From Scyliorhinus canicula (taxonomy: Eukaryota): a stretch of DNA of 64,000 nt. The notes under the pieces were generated by a model. The model saw only the letters and a program-made list of their open reading frames with translations, was not told where the DNA came from and made no database searches. Position numbers and translations under genes: made by a program. The stretch is from the NCBI RefSeq assembly GCF_902713615.1, contig NC_052174.1:12022514-12086513 (forward strand), written 5' to 3'. This document shows, one piece after another, positions 57,401 through 64,000 of the stretch. Position 1 is the stretch's first letter, and every line of letters begins with the position of its first letter.

Positions 57401-59444
57401 TTCAGGGGAAATCCTTTTACCCAGAGAGTGGCGGCAATATGGAACTCGCTCCCACGGGGGGTGGTTGACGTGGCTCCCAGCAGAGCTGGAGGAAGGTGGT
57501 ACTGATGGGCTAAGAAGAGGTAGGACAGGAGAAGTCTCCCGGGACGTTCGTACGCCAGCATGGACATCTGGGGCCGAATGGCCTGCCTGTGTTAGGGACA
57601 TGGGGGCAAGAGCGAGGCTGTGCAATTATTTAGACCACGGCTGGTCATAACCCTCCCCCCAAGGGGCCCCGCCGTCACAGGGTCAGAGTGTGAACAGAAA
57701 GATCCCACAAACACCATCGCACTCCTGACCAAATCAATTTTTTTTAACTGATGTTGGTCGAGGGATATATATCGACCCACCTGCTGTGGAGAACTCTCCC
57801 CTGATCTTCACTGAAATGATGCCACCAGTCCTTTTATGTCCACGTGAGAGAGAGAGCGGATGGGACTTTGGTTTAATGTCCGTTCTAGCAATGCAGCCCT
57901 CCTTCTGGTACTGCAGTGAAGTGATTGAGGAGAGTGAATCTGATGGAAGGTTCTACAATTGCTGCACGGGTGGGGGCAGCGACGGTGGTGGGGGCAACGA
58001 CGGTGATCGGACCCGCCTGATTATATGAAATTTCTGTTGTGTACGACGCTCCTGTGCATTCACTTCACGTCCGCCTGTTTTTTTTGTGTGTGTGTGTTGC
58101 AGCCCCGGCCTACGCTGACGATCTCCCAAAACCCACAGTCGTCACAGCCCTCGACCAGCCCCAGCATCTTCAAGGTGCCCAGCTCCATCACGCTGCCAAT
58201 GCAAACACTGCTCACCCGCCCGTCTACCCCAACCCAGTCCTCTCCGTCGCCGACCAACTACATCGTGATGTCCTCCAGCTCCGGCTCTTCCAGCACACAG
58301 CAGGTGAGCCAGTGGGTATATGGGATCGATAGCTGGTCTCGGCAGTGGTTACCCGATCTGCGATTTGTGTTAGAGCTCGCCCGCTGGTCCACTCGTGTCC
58401 TTCAGGGAGGGAAATCAGCCCTGTTTGCCCGGTCTGGCCTACTCCAGACTCGCGGCAACGTGGTTAACCCTTAACCGCTCCTCTGAAATGGCTGAGGCAG
58501 CCACTCCATTGCACCAATCTGCCTCGGTTGCAGCGGTCTGAAAGACGTCTCGAGGGAGAACAAATGTCTCCTTACCCAGCGGCGCCCAGATCCCATGAGA
58601 GAATTGTTTTTTTAAAAAGGTGTTATCCTGTGGTGAAAAACTCACCTCCTGACCCCCCCCCCCAAAAGCCTGTCCACCATCTACAAGGCACAAGTCAGGA
58701 GTGTGATGGAATACTCTCCACTTGCCTGGATGAGCGCAGCTCCAACACTCAAGAAGTTCGACACCATCCAGGGCAAAGCAGCCCCGCTTGATCGGCACCC
58801 CATCCACAAACATTCACTCCATCCCCCACCGACGCACAGTGGCAGCCGTGTGTACCGTCTACAAGATGCACTGTAGCAACTCGCCAAGGCTCCTTAGGCA
58901 GCACCTTCTAACCCCGGAATGTGGGGCCCTGAGTCGCCGATGAATCCAATAAAGAATTTGGGAGAAATCCCGGCGATCGGTGGGGGTGGGGGGTGGGTGG
59001 GGGGGATGGAGTGGTGCCTGGCCAGGGAAGTTGAATAACCACACGAGGGAGTGCTGCACGGTCTTTCGGATGGGTTGTGAAACAGGGGATCCCCTCTGCT
59101 CTCTCGGGTGGATGCCAACGAATTGAGCTGGAAGCCATTCCGGTTCCGTTTAATTGCTGCAACGGGATCAGAAAATGGTTACAAATGATTTTTTTTTTCT
59201 CTTTTCCCCCCCTCAGGTGATCACGCTGAGGACCGCTCCTTGCGGAACTGGTAGCACATCGCCCGTCACCACCACGGTAGCCAGTGTTCAACCGATCGTC
59301 AAGCTAGTCTCCACCTCCCAGACCGCGCCCAGCAGCACGGTGACCGGGAGCACCCAGAAGTACATTGTGGTGTCGCTTCCCTCGGCCTCCGAAAGCAAAG
59401 TCCAGCCCAGTAACAACTCCTTGCAGCAGCACTCGCCCAAGTGA
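36016..59444 (+). CDS. TAF6: TFIID subunit 6; 15 coding exons; 692 aa if both duplicated exons are included
   Basis: H4-like histone fold (MAEEKKLK...ESMKVIAES...[15 protein letters not shown]), [40 protein letters not shown]-repeat region ([14 protein letters not shown]...[10 protein letters not shown]) and an S/T/P-rich tail. All junctions are GT-AG and phase-consistent. Confidence 0.97.
36827..36913 (+). CDS. TAF6: TAF6 coding exon 2 (DALKYMHHG...KNVE)
   Basis: ccacag| ... GAG|GTGTGC; 87 nt. Confidence 0.95.
38001..38154 (+). CDS. TAF6: TAF6 coding exon 3 ([13 protein letters not shown]...VCLK)
   Basis: Poly-C tract ttacag| ... AAG|GTAAGT; 154 nt. Confidence 0.95.
38934..41703 (+). mobile_element. 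5'-truncated, frameshifted L1-clade LINE (ORF2 reverse transcriptase remnant) in a TAF6 intron
   Basis: Motifs [33 protein letters not shown] (YADD decayed to SADD), FRYLGVQ and [20 protein letters not shown] across several frames. A/T-rich tail; candidate TSD AGGAATG at 38927-38933 and 41704-41710. Confidence 0.9.
41781..41837 (+). CDS. TAF6: TAF6 coding exon 4 ([19 protein letters not shown])
   Basis: ttttcag| ... CAG|GTAAGG; 57 nt. Confidence 0.95.
42922..43041 (+). CDS. TAF6: TAF6 coding exon 5 ([15 protein letters not shown]...TDGK)
   Basis: tctcag| ... AAG|GTCAGG; 120 nt. Confidence 0.9.
43800..47490. repeat. Complex satellite of 43-, 48- and 63-nt monomers sharing the 19-nt core TGTGTTCTGTAATATTCTC
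   Basis: Three monomer types in a patchwork order, with a higher-order copy at offset 1278. Confidence 0.95.
47537..47679 (+). CDS. TAF6: TAF6 coding exon 6 (GKDKKK...[27 protein letters not shown])
   Basis: ctccag| ... GCA|GTAAGA; 143 nt. Confidence 0.93.
47785..47862 (+). CDS. TAF6: TAF6 coding exon 7 ([26 protein letters not shown])
   Basis: tcacag| ... GGG|GTAAGA; 78 nt. Confidence 0.95.
48761..48862 (+). CDS. TAF6: TAF6 coding exon 8 ([13 protein letters not shown]...YLEKY)
   Basis: cctcag| ... TAC|GTGAGT; 102 nt. Confidence 0.95.
48920..49096 (+). mobile_element. Short (~175 nt) tRNA-derived SINE of a second family
   Basis: gggctggtttagc...ggttcgattcccgtaccagcctccccgaacaggcgccggaatgtggcg...gcctactcgtgacaataagcg. 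Copies at ~24582-24762, 38213-38355 (-), 42477-42645, 56698-56885 and 63474-63650 (-). Confidence 0.85.
49880..50225 (-). mobile_element. tRNA-derived V-domain SINE
   Basis: Reverse complement of the 19652 copy. Confidence 0.88.
50567..50749 (+). CDS. TAF6: TAF6 coding exon 9 (LHELIPAVV...TKTFTK)
   Basis: ccgcag| ... AAG|GTAAGG; 183 nt. Confidence 0.95.
52324..52398 (+). CDS. TAF6: TAF6 coding exon 10 ([25 protein letters not shown])
   Basis: tttcag| ... GAT|GTGAGT; 75 nt. Confidence 0.95.
52865..53720 (-). mobile_element. CR1 LINE 3' fragment
   Basis: [20 protein letters not shown]...[14 protein letters not shown] similar fragment lies at ~62450-62870 (-). Confidence 0.9.
54445..54570 (+). 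CDS. TAF6: TAF6 coding exon 11 ([10 protein letters not shown]...HVQSLLL)
   Basis: gacag| (pyrimidine-poor acceptor) ... CTG|GTAGGT; 126 nt. Confidence 0.92.
55412..55585 (+). CDS. TAF6: TAF6 coding exon 12 (KHCAPVVAK...RTTLTITQ)
   Basis: ctccag| ... CAG|GTGAGA; 174 nt. Confidence 0.95.
55795..56450 (+). mobile_element. Old Deu-domain SINE (SacSINE1/AmnSINE1-like) interrupted by a younger SINE (56175-56391)
   Basis: cagtactgaggg...aaaccgagg...ttgctgtttgtgggagcttgctgtgc.caaaatggc.gcc...caacagtgact...tacttcattggctgt. 16-nt TSD GTGAAAGCTTGAGATG at 56159-56174 and 56392-56407. Other remnants at ~1150-1290 (-), 3665-3860 (-) and 57690-57920 (-). Confidence 0.8.
57094..57288 (+). CDS. TAF6: TAF6 coding exon 13a ([12 protein letters not shown]...SSTTQQ)
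   Basis: ttgcag| ... CAG|GTAAGA; 195 nt, phase 0-0. Confidence 0.9.
58103..58303 (+). CDS. TAF6: TAF6 coding exon 13b, a paralogous duplicate of 13a ([12 protein letters not shown]...SSSTQQ)
   Basis: ttgcag| ... CAG|GTGAGC; 201 nt, phase 0-0; open frame, ~72% aa identity to 13a. Confidence 0.85.
59217..59444 (+). CDS. TAF6: TAF6 last coding exon (VITLRTAP...[10 protein letters not shown]...QKYIVVSLP...HSPK*)
   Basis: cctcag| acceptor; TGA at 59442-59444 (true C-terminus uncertain, see findings). Confidence 0.88.
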   Translation: MITLRTAPCGTGSTSPVTTTVASVQPIVKLVSTSQTAPSSTVTGSTQKYIVVSLPSASESKVQPSNNSLQQHSPK

Positions 59445-59933
59445 GGCCTCTTGTCGACTCTCACTCACAACTCCTTCTGCACCTCCCCCCCCCCCCGTCA
59501 GCTGGGGGAGGAGCAGGAAGCATCGAACTCGGCGGCTGCAGTGAATGGGGGTTACTCGCAGGCCTGGCGTGGGCCGAGCCTTGCCGGGAGGTGAAAGGGG
59601 CAAACGAGCCTCGACAAGGCTAGCCGTCTCCCCTGCGGGGAGCAGGGGGGGGGGGGGGGTGCGATTGGACGTACGGTTTCCTATAACAACCGGCGAGGAG
59701 ACGATGGCGACCAGGAAGGAGAATGACGAAGTACCACATGACTCTTTGGAGAAAACCGGGCGGGACTGGTTGGGCGGGGGGAGGTTGGTGGCAGTGCCAC
59801 CTGCCAGAAGAGACACAAACCTATGTAAATACTGACACAGCACGGGGGTACTGCAACTGTGGGGTCTCTGGGAAGAAATTCCCACAACTCGAGTCAACAT
59901 GTACCATTTACACAATTGTTTTTTTTTTTTTAG

Positions 59934-59939
59934 AATAAA
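59934..59939 (+). terminator. Probable TAF6 polyadenylation signal AATAAA
   Basis: First AATAAA after the stop, preceded by a U-rich tract. Confidence 0.65.
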
Positions 59940-60749
59940 GCTCATTTGATGAAGCCGCTCTTTATTGAGAGGTTAATATGCCCCCTCCGATGGTTGAAGG
60001 AGTCGCTGTGGAAGCTCATCGCCTGGCAACCGTGGCTGAGAATGCGTTTTCTCTCAGCGTCGTTCCAACTGGGCAAATGATAGTTCATTGGAAGAACGTT
60101 GAGGCAATATTTGTGTAACAGCTCATGTTTGTGTAGCATCTCTGACATGGTTAAGCACCCCCATGCACGTCATGGAGAGTACTTCATGGGAGTCTTTCGG
60201 TGTAGCAAAATCCTTGGCTGCTGCACCATGTGTTTATCTTTTGGCGTTGCGAACGATCTCCTCCTTGGCAAATGGCTTATTTCCCCCACTGAAGGATTGA
60301 GATTGTGCGGTGGGGGGGGGGGGGGGTATTCGATCATGAGGAACGTCTGTGTGCACATGCCCAGTTCACACACTGAAGAGTGATAGGATAGGACACACTG
60401 ATAGGATGTATCACAATTATTGTTTTTCGGGTCAGAAATGAAGTTGACAATAATAACCAGCTGTTTATACCTTTTCCAGAACACTAGAGCCTGATTTTGC
60501 GACCTTTATTATCAGGGTTCAAATTCAGAACTAATTTGCAGAAATATATTTATTCAGTGTGTCATCATGTGGGTCAGGCTCCCTTGGTAAACAGCGGAAA
60601 GCATTATATTCATTCACTCAAATAGGGATTCCTTTCCAATGATATTTGAGACACGAGTAACTTTCTTGCAGCCGTAGCCTCGTTCTCGCGCTGTAATATT
60701 TGAGACAGGAGTAATTTTCTTGCCGTAGTGTCGCTCTCGTTCGCGCTCT

Positions 60750-62070
60750 GTCGTTCCCGCTCTCTCTTGTTCCCGCCTCCCCCTCGTTCCCGCTCCCCCT
60801 CACGCTCCCGCTCCCTCACGTCCTCGTTCCCGCTTCCCCTCGTTCCTGCTCCCTCTCGTTCCCGCTCCCCCCACGTTCCCGCTCCCCCTCGTTCCCGCTC
60901 CCTCTCGTTCCCGTTCCCCCCACGTTCCCGCCGCCCCTCACGTTCCCGCTCCCCCCACGTTCCCGCTCCCTCTCGTTCCCGCTCCCCTCTCGATCCCGCT
61001 ACCCCTCGTTCCCGCTCCCCCCTCGTTCCTGCTCCCACTCCCGCTCCCCCTCACGCTCCCGCTCCCCCTCACGCTCCTGCTCCCTCACATCCTCGTTCCC
61101 GCTCCCCCTCGTTCCCACTCCCCCTCATGCTCCCGCTCCCTCACGTCCTCGTTCCTGCTTCCCCTCGTTCCTGCTCCCTCTCGTTCCTGCTCCCTCTCGT
61201 TCCTGCTCCCTCTCGTTCCCGCTCCCCTCGTTCTCACGTTCCCGCTCTCCCTCACGTTCCCGCCGCCCCTCAAGTTCCCGCTCCCCCTCACGCTCCCGCT
61301 CCCCTCACGCTCCCGCTCCCTCACGCCCTCGTTCACGCTCCCGCTCCCTCACGTCCTCGTTCCTGCTTCCCCTCGTTCCTGCTCCCTCTCGTTCCCGCTC
61401 CCCCCATGTTCCCGCTCCCCCCACGTTCCCGCTCCCCCCTCGTTCCCGCCCCCCCCTCGTTCCCGCTCCCCCCTCGTTCCCGCTCCCCCCTCGTTCCCGC
61501 TCCCCCCTCGTTCCCGCTCCCCCCTCGTTCCCGCTCCCCCCTCGTTCCCGCTCCCCCCTCGTTCCCGCTACCCCCTCGTTCCCGCTCCCCCCTCGTTCCC
61601 GCTCCCCCCTCGTTCCCGCTCCCCCCCTCGTTCCCGCTCCCCCCTCGTTCCCGCTCCCCCCTCGTTCCCGCTCCCCCCTCGTTCCCGCTCCCCTCTCGTT
61701 CCCGCTTCCCTCTCGTTCCCGCTCCCCCCTCGTTCCCGCTACCCCTCGTTCCCGCTCCCCCCTTGTTCCCGCTCCTTCACGTCCTCGTTCCCGCTCCCCC
61801 TCACGCTCCCGCTCCCTCACGTCCTCGTTCCCGCTTCCCTTTGTTCCTGCTCCCTCTCGTTCCCGCTCCCTCTCGTTCCCGCTCCCCTCTCGTTCCCGCT
61901 CCCTCTCGTTCCCGCTCCCTCTCGTTCCCACTCTCCCTCACGTTCCCGCTCTCCCTCACGTTCCCGCCGCCCCCTCAAGTTCCTGCCCCCCTCACATTCC
62001 CGCCCCCTCACGTTCCCGCTCCCCCTCGTTCCCGCTCCCCTCTCGTTCCCGCTCCCTCACGTTTACACGC
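60750..62070. repeat. Pyrimidine-rich ~16-18-nt minisatellite (CCCCTCGTTCCCGCT)
   Basis: Direct periodicity; gives spurious Pro/Ser/Arg ORFs. Confidence 0.95.
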
Positions 62071-64000
62071 TCCCCGTGCTCTTATTCACCCGAGCTCTCT
62101 TGCGAGAGCACGCACTCGCATTCATGCGCTCTCTTTCGCGCACGCTCTCTCCAGCTGTTGTTTGAGGTTTATTTAAAGTGATAGCAGTAAAAGCAGAAAA
62201 TGTTGTAAATACTCAGGTCAGCCAGCTTCTGCGGAGAGAAACAGTTGAGGTTTCACATTCGTCAGAACTGCGAAAGGTTAGAAAATGTAATAGATGAGCA
62301 AGGGGCTAAAATGTTACAGGGCTAGGCGGGAATATGGAATTTGAGTTTAGCAATGATCTTATTGAATGGCGGAGCTGCCTTCAGGAGCCGAGTGGCCGGT
62401 TCCTCCTCATTCGTATGCCTGTATCTTAGGCAAGGGAAAGGGAGGGAGAGTGTCAGAAATAGGAATAGACCATTCGGCCCTTGCTCCACCAATCCCTTTA
62501 TTCTTCAAAAAAACAATCTAAATTTACCTTAAAAACATTTAATGAAGGAGCCTCAGCTGCTTCACTGGGCAAGGAATTCCATAGATTCACACAATTTGGG
62601 TGAAGAAGTTCCTTCTAAACTCAGTCCTAAATCTACTTCCCTTTATTTTTAGACTCTGCCCTCTAGTTCTGCTTTCACCCGTTAGTGGAAACAACCTTCC
62701 CGCATCTATCCTATCCCCATCATATTTTATGTTTCTATAAGATCCCCCCGCTTCCTTCTAAATTCCAATGAGTACAGTCCCAGTCAACTCAACCTCTCCT
62801 CGTAATCCAACCCCCTCAATTCTGGGATTAACCTAGTGAATCTCCTCTGCACACCTTCCAGTGCCGGTATGTTAGCTGTTAGGGCGGAAGACGGAAAAGA
62901 TCATATGACCGTGTTACTGGGACACGGCGAGAGACAGAAGGTGGGCGTGGAAGAGGTGTGAATGGCAGGACGGTGAACCGTTTCGACCCGAAAGCAAAAA
63001 TGAGTAATGCTGAACCTTGCAAAGACAATTGAGACGGGGGGTGGAGGTGGCAGGCAGAGAATGTGGTCTGAAGCTGTGGAGTCTGGAAGACGGCCACTTG
63101 TGAATCTTCCATGGCATTGCTCACGGTTCGAGTGAAGAACTGCGTTTGCTGTGACAGCTGGGTGGAACCTGTAGGAATAACTGGCACCCTTGCCAAAAAG
63201 GTTTTGGAGATTCGCCTTTATAAAAATGCTTAGATTTCAACTGCAAAAAAAAAAAAGAGCACAGTGGGCGATGAAGACCGTTGGGACATTCTGAAGATAT
63301 GAAAATAAGTCTCTTAAATGTGTGTGCCTCACCCTGTGGCATGAAAATGGCTTATCGTGCATTAATCCCAGCTCCTGCGGCGAGAGAAGTAAATCTCCGT
63401 GGCAACCGGACAAGGGCTAACTGAATGAGACATTCGTCCCTAAGCAAACAAACAATAAGCTGCTTTTCCCTGTAATGAAAATGGCTTATTGTCACGAGTA
63501 GGCTTCAAATGAAGTTACTGTGAAAAGCCCCTAGTCGCCACTTTCCGGCGCCTGTTCGGGGAGGCTGGTACGGGAATTGAACCGTGCTGCTGGCCTGCCT
63601 GGGTCTGCTTTAAAAGCCAGTGATTTAGCCCAGTGTGCTAAACCAGTCCCTGTAGCTAGTTACTTCACAACTTCCTCAGTGACTGTGGGCAGTTTTATTT
63701 GTTGCTCAGCTGGAAGTCGCCTACCCACCTTTGCTTCCTCAACCCAATATGATTCCTTGGGGGATGGGGGACCCTCTTGAGACAGCCTGAGAAATCGACT
63801 GCTTCTTCACAGTGCCTGCTCAGGACAAGCACTCAATGGGTGTGTCTGTTTACTCTTGCTCAAGTTGGATAAATGTTTAACCAGATATACAATTGCTTCA
63901 TTCAGAATCAGGGAGTGCCCTCTACCTGCATACCTTGGGAGGCACAGTTTGGGCAGAATCCAGATGGACCAGATGAACATCTTCTCCCTCCGATAGCTGG

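Noticed and set aside
60728-62176. 482-aa Pro/Ser/Arg-rich ORF (extensin- or SR-like)
   Set aside because: It is a translation of a C-rich minisatellite with a non-ATG start and no splice or domain evidence.
62879-64000. Possible minus-strand exons of a downstream gene such as AP4M1
   Set aside because: Isolated splice-like sites exist, but there is no recognisable protein motif and the phases are inconsistent.

Overview
Vertebrate genomic DNA. The SINE/LINE repertoire (V-SINE/HE1-like, Deu-SINE, CR1, L1, Penelope-type fragments) points to a cartilaginous fish, probably a catshark-like shark (inference). Three protein-coding genes can be rebuilt with canonical GT-AG junctions and consistent phases. 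MBLAC1 is on the - strand with one coding exon (2190-2846). CNPY4 is on the - strand with 6 coding exons (10337-23904, 247 aa). TAF6 is on the + strand with 15 coding exons (36016-59444). The order and orientation MBLAC1<-CNPY4<- ->TAF6 match what I recall for human 7q22.1. The rest is retroelements, several large minisatellites, N gaps and a ~2.9 kb false duplication around a 100-N gap. The most interesting observations are: (1) a tandemly duplicated, selectively maintained Ser/Thr/Pro-rich TAF6 exon (57094-57288 and 58103-58303); (2) a strong alternative donor exactly 30 nt inside TAF6 coding exon 1, matching the human pro-apoptotic TAF6-delta splice; (3) an ambiguous TAF6 C-terminus (early TGA with an open, homologous-looking frame behind it, or a micro-intron); (4) a fold-back element and Penelope-type fragments with degenerate hammerhead cores; (5) a GC-box minisatellite in the TAF6 promoter and a nested retroelement stack between the two divergent promoters. 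No CRISPR-type or other prokaryote-like system is supported.
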